DNA of 59,323 nucleotides from an uncultured Bacilli bacterium. GTDB taxonomy: Bacteria; Bacillota_I; Bacilli_A; RF39; UBA660. The stretch is taken from assembly GCA_949425575.1 (NCBI GenBank), contig CASPVX010000003.1:1-59323 (forward strand). Reading direction: 5' to 3'. Under the pieces are notes generated by a model. That model searched no databases. It was not told the DNA's origin and saw nothing but the letters and a program-made list of their open reading frames with translations. Position 1 is the stretch's first letter. Each line of letters opens with the position of its first letter. Shown here in pieces: positions 8,798 through 18,743 of the stretch. Both the position numbers and the translations under genes were made by a program.

Positions 8798-9802
8798 ATG
8801 TCATTAATGGTTTCTGAGTTGAGTACAAAAGAAAAAGATGAATTATATCAATTTTTACTTGATTATCAAATGGATTATCGTGATAGTTTAAATTTGCCAG
8901 AAGATGTAACATTTGGGGTTGAAATAGAATCTTCTTTAAGAAAACCTAAAAAACTTTTAGAAATGTATGATTGGATTTTAGACTCAAGAGAAAAAGGTAA
9001 AAATATTCCATTTGAGTATTGGAATTTAGTTTTTGAATCAAGTGTATATGACGATAATGGTGCTGGTTATGAAGTAGTATCGCCAATATTAACTGATAAT
9101 ATAGAAACATGGAATAAATTAAACGAAGTATGCCAAATTATTAGATCTTGCTGTGGAATTGCGACTGATGAATGTGGTGCGCATGTCCATGTTGGTGCTG
9201 AGAATACTATTCAAAATGATCCTAATAAGTTACTAAATATTTTTAAACTTTGGGTTGCATATGAAGATGTTATGTTTAAATTTGGTTACGGCAAAAATGC
9301 TGCTGGAAGAGAAAGTCTTTTAATGTATTCACCTCCTATAGCAGAAACAGTAAAAAAAATAATTGGTGATATTTCTCCTGAAGATTTTAGTAATGTGTTG
9401 AATTCTTTATTTTTATCTAAAAGAAGAGCTATAAATATTCAAAATATGCGTGATTTTTATTTATTTGGTAAAAGTAAAAATACAATAGAATTTAGAAATG
9501 CAAATGGTACTTTAGATCCAGTAGTATGGCAGAATTTAATAAATGTTTTTTGTAAATTTGTATTATATTCTACAAGCTCAGACTTTGATGAAGAATTTGT
9601 AGATTATAAAATTGACAGTGATGATAGACCATATTATGGGCCATCAAATGGTTATAGTGAAATATATTTTGAAAGAGCTTTAGAAATTGCTGATTTAATT
9701 TTTGATAATAATCATGATAAATTAAATTTTTTAAAGCAATATATAATGCAAAAACAAGTACCTGAATCACAACATAAATTAACATTATCTTATAAAAGAT
9801 AA
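8798..9802 (+). CDS. Amidoligase_2-family (glutamine-synthetase-like fold) putative ATP-dependent ligase
   Basis: FGVEIES, GYEVVSPIL, ECGAHVHVGA, NTIEFRNANGTLD blocks, as remembered for PF12224. Confidence 0.55.
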   Translation: MSLMVSELSTKEKDELYQFLLDYQMDYRDSLNLPEDVTFGVEIESSLRKPKKLLEMYDWILDSREKGKNIPFEYWNLVFESSVYDDNGAGYEVVSPILTDNIETWNKLNEVCQIIRSCCGIATDECGAHVHVGAENTIQNDPNKLLNIFKLWVAYEDVMFKFGYGKNAAGRESLLMYSPPIAETVKKIIGDISPEDFSNVLNSLFLSKRRAINIQNMRDFYLFGKSKNTIEFRNANGTLDPVVWQNLINVFCKFVLYSTSSDFDEEFVDYKIDSDDRPYYGPSNGYSEIYFERALEIADLIFDNNHDKLNFLKQYIMQKQVPESQHKLTLSYKR

Positions 9803-9898
9803 TGTTTTTTCTTTACAATTTTATACAAAAAACGAAAATATTTTATTTCGCAAAAGTTTCATAATAGATTATAATATATAATATAAGGGGAGATGAAT

Positions 9899-10792
9899 AT
9901 GAAATATATTATTGATACAGATCCAGGAATTGATGATGCAATTGCAGTATTGATGGCTCATTTATATAAACTTGATATTATTGGTTTTACTTTAACAAGT
10001 GGTAATGTAAGAATGAATGATGTCACTAGAAATATAAAAATAATTCAAGATTTTATGAATACAGATATAAAAATGTATAAAGGAGAAGAATATATAGATC
10101 CAGATGTTGAAATAGCAACTTATGCTCATGGAAAATATGGATTAGGGCATATAGTATATCCTGAAAGCAGAAGAGGTATAGAAGACAAAAGTGCGGAAGA
10201 TTTTTTAATAGAAGCCTCAAAAGAAAATGAAGAACTTACAATTATTTGCTTAGGAGCACTTACAAATATAGCTAATGCAATAAAAAAGGATCCTGAATTT
10301 CCTAAAAGAATAAAGAAACTATATATTATGGGACTATCCCATGAACCAGATGAAAATAAGGAAAAATATTTAGAATTTAATGTACGAGTAAATCCAGATG
10401 CTGCAAAATTAGTTTTTGAATCAGATTTTAGTGAAATAAATGTTATAACTCATGAAGCAGCTTTAAAGGTAATTGTTCCAAAAAAATATATTGATACACT
10501 TAAAGATTCTGATAAAATTTTAAGCAATTTTGTTTATCAATTAGCATCTAAGTATATAGAGTTTAATATTGAACATTATGGTATAGAAGGCCTTTCTATG
10601 CCTGATCCATTAACTATTGCATCTGTAATAGATCCTTCTGTTGTAAGATATACTAAAGCCGATGTGGAAATTATTACTGAGGGCGATAGAAAAAGTGAGT
10701 CTATTTTAAAAATGAATCAAGGAAAAATTAATGTTATAACAGCTATAGATGTTGAAAAATTTATAGATATGTTTAAGGCAGTATTTAATTAG
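9899..10792 (+). CDS. Inosine/uridine-preferring nucleoside hydrolase
   Basis: IIDTDPGIDDAIAVLMA aspartate cluster. The ATG at 9899 has better spacing to the GGGGAG RBS than the ATG at 9893. Confidence 0.85.
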   Translation: MKYIIDTDPGIDDAIAVLMAHLYKLDIIGFTLTSGNVRMNDVTRNIKIIQDFMNTDIKMYKGEEYIDPDVEIATYAHGKYGLGHIVYPESRRGIEDKSAEDFLIEASKENEELTIICLGALTNIANAIKKDPEFPKRIKKLYIMGLSHEPDENKEKYLEFNVRVNPDAAKLVFESDFSEINVITHEAALKVIVPKKYIDTLKDSDKILSNFVYQLASKYIEFNIEHYGIEGLSMPDPLTIASVIDPSVVRYTKADVEIITEGDRKSESILKMNQGKINVITAIDVEKFIDMFKAVFN

Positions 10793-10866
10793 TATAGTAT
10801 AAACTATACTTTTTATATGCAACTTTTTAAATAAAAAAAATATGATACTAAGAAAGAGGTATTGGA

Positions 10867-11475
10867 ATGATAACTTTTTTAGTGCTTATTTTTACATTAT
10901 CTTTAGATACATTTGTTGCGTCTTTATCTTATGAAGCAAGTAATATAAAAATACCAATAATTTCTAACATAATAATTAGCTTTATTTGTTCGTTTGTTTT
11001 AGCTCTATCGCTTATATTTGGAAATGTAATAGGTGAATACATTAATGACAATATATTAAAATTTGTATCTTTTCTAATACTATTTTCAATTGGTATTTTT
11101 AAAATATTTGATGAAAAATTAAAAATGTATATTAGAAATATTAGTTTTAAAAAAAGCAGTTTATCAAAAATAAAAATGATTATAAAAATTTATTCAGATT
11201 ATGAAAAAGCAGATGCTGATAATTCTAAAAGACTTTCAGCAGTAGAAGCTATTTCATTAGCACTAGCACTATCACTTGATGGTTTTAGTGCAGGAATTGC
11301 TTTTAATACTACTTATTTTTTAATATTTAATGTTTTTGTTTTATCTTTAGTTATTAATATGCTAATAATTTTATTTTCTAAATTTGTTAGTCACTTTACA
11401 TATAATATAAATATAGATTTTTCAAGAATCAGTGGAATGGTATTTATTATATTAGGAATTTTGAAAATTTTTTAA
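10867..11475 (+). CDS. MntP/YtaF-family membrane protein (sporulation YtaF-like)
   Basis: Duplicated LSLD.F motifs (TLSLDTFVASLSY and ALSLDGFSAGIAF), six hydrophobic segments. Confidence 0.6.
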   Translation: MITFLVLIFTLSLDTFVASLSYEASNIKIPIISNIIISFICSFVLALSLIFGNVIGEYINDNILKFVSFLILFSIGIFKIFDEKLKMYIRNISFKKSSLSKIKMIIKIYSDYEKADADNSKRLSAVEAISLALALSLDGFSAGIAFNTTYFLIFNVFVLSLVINMLIILFSKFVSHFTYNINIDFSRISGMVFIILGILKIF

Positions 11476-11524
11476 CTAGTAAAGTTACTAGTTTTGTTGT
11501 ATAATTAAAATAGGAGGAGATTAT

Positions 11525-12070
11525 ATGATATATGTAGTAGGGATTATTTTAATTATTTTAATTGTTTATATATTCATAATTTACAATACCTTTGTAAAAG
11601 CAGATAATAAAGTAAAGGAAGCATTTTCAACAATGGATGTTTATATGAAAAAAAGATGGGATTTAATTCCTAATCTAGTTGAAACTGTTAAAGGTTATGC
11701 AGATTATGAAAAGAAAACATTAGAAGAAATAACAAACCTTAGAAATTTAAGTTATAATTCTATGGGGGTTAAGGAAAAACTTCAAACAGGAGAAAAAGTA
11801 AATGAGGTTATTTCAAAACTCATGTTATTATCAGAAAGTTATCCAGAGCTAAAGGCAAGTGAGAATTTTATTAAGCTAAGCAGTGAACTTACACAAATTG
11901 AAAATGATATTGCTAATTCTAGAAAGTATTATAATGGAACAGTAAGGCAGTTTAATAATACTATTGAAACAGTTCCGAATAATATATTTGCAAAACTATT
12001 TGGATACAGTTCTAAAAAATGGTTTGAAGCAAATGAAAATGAGAGACAAAACGTTAAGGTGAAATTATGA
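11525..12070 (+). CDS. lemA: LemA family protein
   Basis: N-terminal TM helix, then YNTFVK..N.V.EAFS..DV..KRR.DLIPNLVETVKGYA.E..T. Confidence 0.85.
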   Translation: MIYVVGIILIILIVYIFIIYNTFVKADNKVKEAFSTMDVYMKKRWDLIPNLVETVKGYADYEKKTLEEITNLRNLSYNSMGVKEKLQTGEKVNEVISKLMLLSESYPELKASENFIKLSSELTQIENDIANSRKYYNGTVRQFNNTIETVPNNIFAKLFGYSSKKWFEANENERQNVKVKL

Positions 12071-13914
12071 AAAAAATAATTTTATTAATTACTTTAATGT
12101 TTATGCTGCCATTATCAGTATCAGCATATGATAGTGGTTATCAAATCGATTCTTATGATGTAAATATTAAAGTAAATGAAGATAATACACTTGATATAGA
12201 AGAAAAAATTATAGCTAATTTTAAAGAAAATAGACATGGAATTATTAGAAGTATTCCAAAGACAAATGAGGTTAAAAGAGCTGATGGTAGTACAGAAACA
12301 AATCATGTAAAAATAAGTGATATCAGTGTTAATGAAGAATATGAAACATCTATAGAAAACGGAAATTTGTCTATTAAAATAGGTAATGCCAATAGAACTA
12401 TAACTGGACCTAAAGAATATATTATTAAATATAAATATAGTTTAAGCAAAGATAAAAGTAAGGATTTTGATGAATTATATTTTAATATTATAGGTTCACA
12501 GTGGGATACATATATTTCTAAAGTAACTTTTAATATCACAATGCCAAAAGATTTTGATGAGTCAAAAGTAGGGTTTTCTTCTGGCTTTTATGGACAAATC
12601 GGTACAAATAGAATAAATTATACAGTTAATAACAATGTTATAAGTGGTAATTATAATGCTGTATTAGCGCCTAATAATGCCCTTACCATTAGAGTAGAAT
12701 TAGATGAGGGTTACTTTGTTTATCCACAAAAATCAATATTTTATTATATTTTTACATTTCTTATGCCAATTATTTTTGTTGTCATCGCATTTTATTGGTG
12801 GGTTAAATATGGAAAAGATGAAAAACCAGTTGAAACTGTTGAATTTTATCCGCCAGAAAATTATAGTAGTTTAGAAATTGGATTTTTATATAGAGGCCAA
12901 TTAGATAGTAAAGATGTAATTTCACTTTTGATTTCGTTAGCTAATAAAGGTTATTTAAAAATAGAAGACACATCTAAAGAGAAAAAAGGTATTTTTTCAA
13001 AAAAATCTGATTATATATTTTTTATAAAACAAAAAGAATATGATGGCGATAATGCAGGAGAAAAAATATTCTTTAATGACCTTTTTAAGCATGCAGGTTC
13101 AGATGGAAAAACAGTTAAATTATCTGATTTAGAACAAACATTTTATACTACAATACCAGCAGTTTTATCTACTGTTGATAATAAAGAATATAGCAAAAAA
13201 ATATTTGAAAGTAACACTAAATCTAAAACAATACTTATTTGTTTAATGATTTTTATAGTTATTTTATTTAATATAGTATTACCAGTATTAGAATATTCAG
13301 GTATGGAATTTATTGTATTTGCAGCTACTTTAATTTTTGGTTTTTTATTTTCATTATTTTTCTTAATAAGCCAAAAAACAAATATTATAATGAAAATATT
13401 TGGGGTTTTGTTCTCAATGTCGTTTATCGCTTTTCCCATAATTACAATTATTCCAGAAATGGACTCTAGTTTAATGTTTACTATAGTATATGGAAGTATA
13501 TTCATTCTTATATTACTAGGTCTCGCACTATTTATGCCTAAGAGAAATAAATATGGCGTGGAAATTTTGGGTAGGATAAAAGGGTTTAAAAACTTTTTAG
13601 AAACTGCTGAAAAACCACAATTAGAAGCACAAGTAGAAAAAAATCCAACTTATTTTTATGACATATTGCCATATACATATGTACTTGGAGTATCAGATAA
13701 ATGGATGAAAAATTTTGAGGGTATCACATTAGAACCACCAATGTGGTATTCTGGATATGTAACATTTAATATGACAGAATTTTCAACATCTATAAATAAT
13801 ACAATTTCTTCAGCTCAATTCGCAATGACATCTAGTCCATCTAGTAGTGGATCATCAGGTGGAGGTGGCTTTTCTGGAGGCGGCTCTGGTGGTGGGGGCG
13901 GAAGCTCGTGGTAA
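12067..13914 (+). CDS. DUF2207-domain membrane protein (usual LemA partner) with Gly-rich C-terminus
   Basis: Start overlaps the lemA stop (ATGA). Signal peptide, central TM cluster, tail SSGSSGGGGFSGGGSGGGGGSSW. Confidence 0.75.
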   Translation: MKKIILLITLMFMLPLSVSAYDSGYQIDSYDVNIKVNEDNTLDIEEKIIANFKENRHGIIRSIPKTNEVKRADGSTETNHVKISDISVNEEYETSIENGNLSIKIGNANRTITGPKEYIIKYKYSLSKDKSKDFDELYFNIIGSQWDTYISKVTFNITMPKDFDESKVGFSSGFYGQIGTNRINYTVNNNVISGNYNAVLAPNNALTIRVELDEGYFVYPQKSIFYYIFTFLMPIIFVVIAFYWWVKYGKDEKPVETVEFYPPENYSSLEIGFLYRGQLDSKDVISLLISLANKGYLKIEDTSKEKKGIFSKKSDYIFFIKQKEYDGDNAGEKIFFNDLFKHAGSDGKTVKLSDLEQTFYTTIPAVLSTVDNKEYSKKIFESNTKSKTILICLMIFIVILFNIVLPVLEYSGMEFIVFAATLIFGFLFSLFFLISQKTNIIMKIFGVLFSMSFIAFPIITIIPEMDSSLMFTIVYGSIFILILLGLALFMPKRNKYGVEILGRIKGFKNFLETAEKPQLEAQVEKNPTYFYDILPYTYVLGVSDKWMKNFEGITLEPPMWYSGYVTFNMTEFSTSINNTISSAQFAMTSSPSSSGSSGGGGFSGGGSGGGGGSSW

Positions 13915-13940
13915 AACATATTCAAATGAATATGTTTTTT
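13914..13940 (+). terminator. Intrinsic terminator
   Basis: 10-bp stem AAACATATTC/GAATATGTTT, 4-nt loop, T-run. Confidence 0.8.
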
Positions 13941-13999
13941 AATTTTCTATCTACAAAAATGGTGTATAATAGAATTGAATGAAGAAGGAGGAATTAAAA

Positions 14000-14680
14000 A
14001 TGAAGAATAAAAAAATATTGATATCTATTATCCTTTTAACAGTTACTATAGTAAGTATCTTAGTAATTTTATTTATAACAAATAATAATGACGGAGTAAA
14101 ATTTAAAAAGGAATATGAATCATTAAATGATACAGTAAGACAGAGTGATAGTGCGAAATACAACAATATTTATATTGATAAAAATAATCCGATAAAATAT
14201 ATAAATAGTGAAGAGGCTATTAATATTATCGATGATGAAAACGCAGTCATTTATGTTGGGGCTAATTGGTGTCCATGGTGTAGAAATGCGATTCCAGTTT
14301 TATTTGAAGTGTCTAAAAAAAATAATATCGAAACAATATATTACTTAAATCTGGATACAGAAAAATCTAATTTTGAAATTAAAAATGGTAAATTAGAAAA
14401 CGTAAATAAGGGAACAAAAGGTTATTATAAATTACTTGATAAATTAGATAGTGTTCTTGAAGAATATATTTTAACTGATGAAAATGGTAATGAATTTAAA
14501 ACAGGAGAAAAAAGAATTTATATGCCATTTGTATTTACTGTGAAAAGTGGAAAAATACTAGACAACCATACAGGCACAGTTTCATTAGATGATGGTCAAA
14601 CTAAATATGATAAAATGACTAAAAAACAACATAATGAGCTATATAAAAAATATGATGAAATGTTAGAAAAAATTAAATAG
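14000..14680 (+). CDS. Membrane-anchored thioredoxin-fold protein (CPWC active site)
   Basis: AGGAGG sits 8 nt upstream of the ATG at 14000, so the ORF-track start at 13979 is over-extended. TM anchor, then GANWCPWCRNAIP. Confidence 0.7.
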   Translation: MKNKKILISIILLTVTIVSILVILFITNNNDGVKFKKEYESLNDTVRQSDSAKYNNIYIDKNNPIKYINSEEAINIIDDENAVIYVGANWCPWCRNAIPVLFEVSKKNNIETIYYLNLDTEKSNFEIKNGKLENVNKGTKGYYKLLDKLDSVLEEYILTDENGNEFKTGEKRIYMPFVFTVKSGKILDNHTGTVSLDDGQTKYDKMTKKQHNELYKKYDEMLEKIK

Positions 14681-14692
14681 GAGGCTGATTAA

Positions 14693-15517
14693 ATGGCTGT
14701 TGAAGTTAAAATAAAACAAAAGGGTTTATTTAAGAAAAAAATAGAAATAGAAGATATGCTTAGTAATAATCTATTATTTGGAGTAATGGATGAAAATTTT
14801 AGAATGGTTCCAAATGAAAAAGGAAAATATACTATTATTTATGATCCTAATAATTTAGCTAGGGGGTTAGAGGTAAGTTTTGAAAAAAATATTATAGATT
14901 TAAGATTACCATTACCAACTGCTAAAAGTGATATTGAAATGTTTTATAATGTTATAAAAAGAATTTGTAATAAATTAAAGATAGACTCGTTTGAAAGATA
15001 TGATGAAGTATTAACTTTAGATACAATAGATCAGTTGATTAGAGATGATGTAGATGCATCTACAAGGGCTTTAGACGATATTTGTTATGATAAACAATAT
15101 GAAACTATAACTATTTTTGGGGCTTTAAATCCCATTGCAATAGGCAGTAAAGAAAAAGATACTATTAAAGGTAGTGTTGATAATTTTGGTAAGTTTTTAA
15201 AAGAAAAACAAGAAATCGATGCATATTATGCAGCTCCGAAACTTTATAAATCAGATACTGATATTATTGGAATATATGTAATTACTGAAAAGGTTGATTC
15301 AATTGTTCCTTTAAAACCAAAGGTTATAATGAATAATGAAAATCAAAATATTAAATTTTATACAATTATTGGAGATGGTACCAATGATGTTGTTAAATAT
15401 GAAGATTTTATTAGTTCGGTAGATCAGAGTAATTATTATGATGATGAACATATAATAATTAACTTATCTAAAAAAGAAATAGAAAATATTTTAGAAAAAT
15501 ATAGAACTGAAATTTAG
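14693..15517 (+). CDS. Hypothetical cytoplasmic protein (possibly DUF4299-like)
   Basis: Good RBS (AGGAGG) and coding-like composition. No motif I can assign. Confidence 0.5.
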   Translation: MAVEVKIKQKGLFKKKIEIEDMLSNNLLFGVMDENFRMVPNEKGKYTIIYDPNNLARGLEVSFEKNIIDLRLPLPTAKSDIEMFYNVIKRICNKLKIDSFERYDEVLTLDTIDQLIRDDVDASTRALDDICYDKQYETITIFGALNPIAIGSKEKDTIKGSVDNFGKFLKEKQEIDAYYAAPKLYKSDTDIIGIYVITEKVDSIVPLKPKVIMNNENQNIKFYTIIGDGTNDVVKYEDFISSVDQSNYYDDEHIIINLSKKEIENILEKYRTEI

Positions 15518-15532
15518 TGATGAGGTGATATA

Positions 15533-16474
15533 ATGATTAAGTTTTTCAAAACAGATAATCAAGTAATTTATAATGAAAATGAAATTGGTGAAAACGTATG
15601 GGTTCAAATGGTAAATCCAACAGAAGAAGAATGTGAAACAATTTCAAATTCTTTAAATATTGATGTTAGTGATATTAAAGCAGCTCTTGATAAAGAGGAA
15701 AGTTCACGTATTGAACTTGAAGACAACTATACTTTAATTCTTATTGATATACCGACATCAGAAATTAGACATAAGAAAAGATTATATACTTCAATTCCGC
15801 TTGGTATAATTTTAACAGCGAATAAAATTGTGACAGTATGTGTAGAAGATACGCCGGTTTTAAAAAAGTTTATTAAAGGTCAGGTTAAAGAATTTAGTAC
15901 AAAAAAGAGAATGCGTTTTGTTTATCAAATTTTATATCAAGTTGCCTCTGTATATCAATCAAATCTTAGAACTATCGATAAAAGAAGAAAAGAAATAGAA
16001 GAAAATATTGGTACTCATACAGAGAATGAAGATTTAATTGATTTACATGAGTTAGAATCTACCTTAGTTTATTTTGCTACTTCTTTAAGAGCTAATGGTG
16101 TTGTATTTGATAGATTAACAAGATACAAAAAAATAGAACAATATCCTGAGGATTCTGAACTCTTAGAAGATGTTATTATTGAAAACCAGCAAGCTGTTGA
16201 AATGACATCTATATATCATAATATTATAAATGGTACAAGAGAACTTATGTCTTCAGTTATTGATAATAGACTTAGTAATGTTATGAAATTTTTAACAGCA
16301 GTTACTATTGTTTTAGCTATCCCAACTGTTGTATCAGGTATTTATGGTATGAATGTAAATGAAGAGTGGGTGCCTTTTGCAAATACACCATATGGATTTT
16401 TTATAGTTTGTTTTATCACATTACTTCTTTGTTTTATTACAATTTTGATTTTAAAGAAAAAGAAAATGCTTTAA
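15533..16474 (+). CDS. corA: CorA-family magnesium/cobalt transporter
   Basis: C-terminal two TM helices with the YGMNV (GMN) signature. Confidence 0.9.
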   Translation: MIKFFKTDNQVIYNENEIGENVWVQMVNPTEEECETISNSLNIDVSDIKAALDKEESSRIELEDNYTLILIDIPTSEIRHKKRLYTSIPLGIILTANKIVTVCVEDTPVLKKFIKGQVKEFSTKKRMRFVYQILYQVASVYQSNLRTIDKRRKEIEENIGTHTENEDLIDLHELESTLVYFATSLRANGVVFDRLTRYKKIEQYPEDSELLEDVIIENQQAVEMTSIYHNIINGTRELMSSVIDNRLSNVMKFLTAVTIVLAIPTVVSGIYGMNVNEEWVPFANTPYGFFIVCFITLLLCFITILILKKKKML

Positions 16475-16566
16475 GGCATTTTTTTGTTTATATGTGTAAA
16501 ATAATAATTAAAATTATTATATAGATAACTTATAGTGTTATAATTAAAATAATAGGAGATGATTGT

Positions 16567-17571
16567 ATGAAATGTGTTGCAATTAAAGATGTTAAGCAAT
16601 TTGAAATTAAAGATATTGAAGAACCCAAAAAAGAAGATAATAAAGTTATTATTGAAGTTATTAAAACAGGAATTTGCGGATCAGATATCCATTATTGGGA
16701 TCTAGGCGAGCCTAAGGGATTAGTAATGGGACATGAATTTTGTGGTAGAGTAATAGACCCTGCTAATAGAGATGATTTAAAAGTTGGTGATAGAATAACT
16801 GCACTTCCGATTAGCCCTTGTGGCAGTTGTGAGGCCTGTTTATCAGATAATCCACAATATTGTAAAGAAACTTGGACTTATGCTGCTGGACTATCACTAG
16901 AGAATCCAGGAGGCCTTGCACCTAAACTAAGTGTTAGATCAGATATGGTAATCAAAGTGCCAAATGGTGTATCAGATGAAGAAGCAGCAATGGTTGAGCC
17001 AGCAGCAGTAGGTTTGCATGCTGTTAATTTAGCAAATATAAAAAAGGGCGATAATGTTTTAGTAATAGGCGCAGGTATTATTGGACTTGTATCTGCTATG
17101 TTTGCAAAAAAAGCAGGCGCTAATATTGTTGCTATTTCCGAAACAAATAGAAAAAGAATCGAGAAGGGTATAGCAATAAATGCAGCAGATGAATTTATTT
17201 ATGCTGAAGATTTAAATAAATATAATGAGTTTGATGTAGTCATTGAGTGTTGTGGTAATGCTTCAGCGGTTTCAAGTGCACTTATGATAGTGAAACCAGG
17301 AGGTACAGTAGTATTGGTTGGTGTGGCTACTGGACCTATAACAATTCCAACTGTTTTAGCTGTAATGAAAGAGCTTACAGTGAAAGGTGCAATTGCATAT
17401 ACTAAAGATGAATTTAAAACATGTTTAGATTTAATGGAAAACAAAGAAATTGATGTCTTAAAGTTTTTATCAGAAACTGTTAGTTTAAGTGCTGTTCAAT
17501 CAGCATATGAAAAATTAACTTCTGGAGATTCAGATGCTATTAAAATATTGGTTGATCCAAATAGACTATAA
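16567..17571 (+). CDS. Zinc-dependent medium-chain alcohol/polyol dehydrogenase
   Basis: GICGSDIHYW, GHEFCGRV, structural-Zn Cys cluster CGSCEAC...C, GAGIIGL Rossmann motif. Confidence 0.85.
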   Translation: MKCVAIKDVKQFEIKDIEEPKKEDNKVIIEVIKTGICGSDIHYWDLGEPKGLVMGHEFCGRVIDPANRDDLKVGDRITALPISPCGSCEACLSDNPQYCKETWTYAAGLSLENPGGLAPKLSVRSDMVIKVPNGVSDEEAAMVEPAAVGLHAVNLANIKKGDNVLVIGAGIIGLVSAMFAKKAGANIVAISETNRKRIEKGIAINAADEFIYAEDLNKYNEFDVVIECCGNASAVSSALMIVKPGGTVVLVGVATGPITIPTVLAVMKELTVKGAIAYTKDEFKTCLDLMENKEIDVLKFLSETVSLSAVQSAYEKLTSGDSDAIKILVDPNRL

Positions 17572-17599
17572 AAAAAATCAGGATTTTTCCTGATTTTTT
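17571..17599. terminator. Bidirectional intrinsic terminator
   Basis: A-run + stem AAAATCAGGA/TCCTGATTTT + T-run, between convergent genes. Confidence 0.8.
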
Positions 17600-17841
17600 A
17601 AGTATCTTTCAAAATTTGTTAGTCCATATATTGGATTATAATAATTTGGAAATTCATTTAAATGGGCAAGTGCTATTTTTGCGCTCATAATTAAATCATT
17701 GTTTGTAACGTTTGTTTGTGGATTAATTGTTCCGTGTTCTAACTCAATATTTATTCCTTCTAAAAACTCTTCGGGAGTAAATTTGTCAAATTTTACATTT
17801 AATATTGATGCAGCATAATATGCATCATTAATGTTATACAT
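17578..17841 (-). CDS. Small conserved protein (DUF5661-like, ELEHG motif)
   Basis: GGTGA RBS. FLEGINIELEHGT...IALAHLNEFPNYY. Confidence 0.5.
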   Translation of the reverse strand: MYNINDAYYAASILNVKFDKFTPEEFLEGINIELEHGTINPQTNVTNNDLIMSAKIALAHLNEFPNYYNPIYGLTNFERYLKNQEKS

Positions 17842-17874
17842 TTCATCACCATTATATTTTATGATGATATGCTT

Positions 17875-18582
17875 TTATTTATTAATGATTTCAGCTTTAC
17901 AAAGAGATACAAATGTAGGATTGCTATTATCATTTCCTACAACTACAACCATACCATATTCACTTTTTAAAATTGTTCCTTGGGCCACTGTTTGACCACC
18001 AGAGTTTATATCAACACTTGGTGTCCCAACCGGTAAATAAGAACGTATGGCAGTTTCACAGTTAGCGTCACAACCTGTAGGCAGTGGATCAGGTGCTGGT
18101 AAATAAGTAATTGTATCATTATATGTACTACTTGTGATATTAATTGAGGCAATTCGGCAAATGGATAATGCTTCTTCAGGTGTTCCTTGGTTATTTATTA
18201 ATTGAAACAATCCAGAGGTTGGGTTGTTATTAGGTCCAGGAATTAAAGAACCAGGGCGTCCACTCGCATTGTTTCCACTTTCCATAGCAACGATTATATT
18301 ATCATTTGGATATAAAGCTATTATTTGTTCAATTACATTTCTCATTTGATCTACACAAAAACAAGAGGCCGAGTTTGCATTGCTTCCAGCAGGTCCAGTA
18401 GCTCCCGTTGGACCTGTAGGACCAGGCATTCCTTGAGGCCCAGTAGGCCCAGTTGCTCCTCCAGCAGGCCCAGTTGGTCCAGTAGGGCCAGTAGGCCCTA
18501 CAATCCCTGAACAGCAGCATGTTGGTTTGCACCTTTGGTCGTGTTTTATTTTTTTGAGAGCCTTTTCATAATTGTTATTCAT
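17875..18582 (-). CDS. Collagen-like (G-X-Y) protein with Cys-rich N-terminus and globular C-domain. BclA-type exosporium/spore-surface candidate
   Basis: CKPTCCCS, then 14 uninterrupted GXY triplets ([39 protein letters not shown]), then a ~165-aa domain. Confidence 0.75.
   Translation of the reverse strand: MNNNYEKALKKIKHDQRCKPTCCCSGIVGPTGPTGPTGPAGGATGPTGPQGMPGPTGPTGATGPAGSNANSASCFCVDQMRNVIEQIIALYPNDNIIVAMESGNNASGRPGSLIPGPNNNPTSGLFQLINNQGTPEEALSICRIASINITSSTYNDTITYLPAPDPLPTGCDANCETAIRSYLPVGTPSVDINSGGQTVAQGTILKSEYGMVVVVGNDNSNPTFVSLCKAEIINK
18382..18507 (-). repeat. Collagen triplet (GGN-CCN-ACN type) coding repeat, a locally GC-rich island
   Basis: 9-nt periodic ggtcc/agtagg repeats. Both alternative-frame ORFs here are shadows of this repeat. 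Confidence 0.85.
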
Positions 18583-18743
18583 ATAATCTTCCTTTCGAAT
18601 TATTATATGAATTAATAATTATAATAGGGATTATATATATAATTAAAATGTAAAATAATTTGATAAAAAAGATAAATGTAGTATAATTTTATTAGTGATT
18701 ATTACAAAAATAGTAGAATATAAAATAATTATTAGGAGGTAAT

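Noticed and set aside
13951-14166. 71-aa minus-strand ORF overlapping the 5' end of the thioredoxin-like gene, plus over-extended ORF-track starts (13979, 21702, 23178, 25019, 27987, 29731, 32277, 32689, 33709, 39630, 43041, 45651, 50090, 58180).
   Set aside because: In each case an internal start codon sits 5-9 nt after a clear Shine-Dalgarno sequence and gives the conserved N-terminus (e.g. MEILKV for SpoVS, MIYPSID for RpoZ). The upstream extensions lack RBSs or lie upstream of the likely promoter.
18325-18532. Two ORFs (18325..18510 + and 18329..18532 -) overlapping the collagen-like gene.
   Set aside because: They are alternative-frame readings of the GC-rich GXY triplet repeat (Ser/Arg- or Trp/Ala-rich nonsense). 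The G-P-T frame continues into a 235-aa ORF with an RBS.
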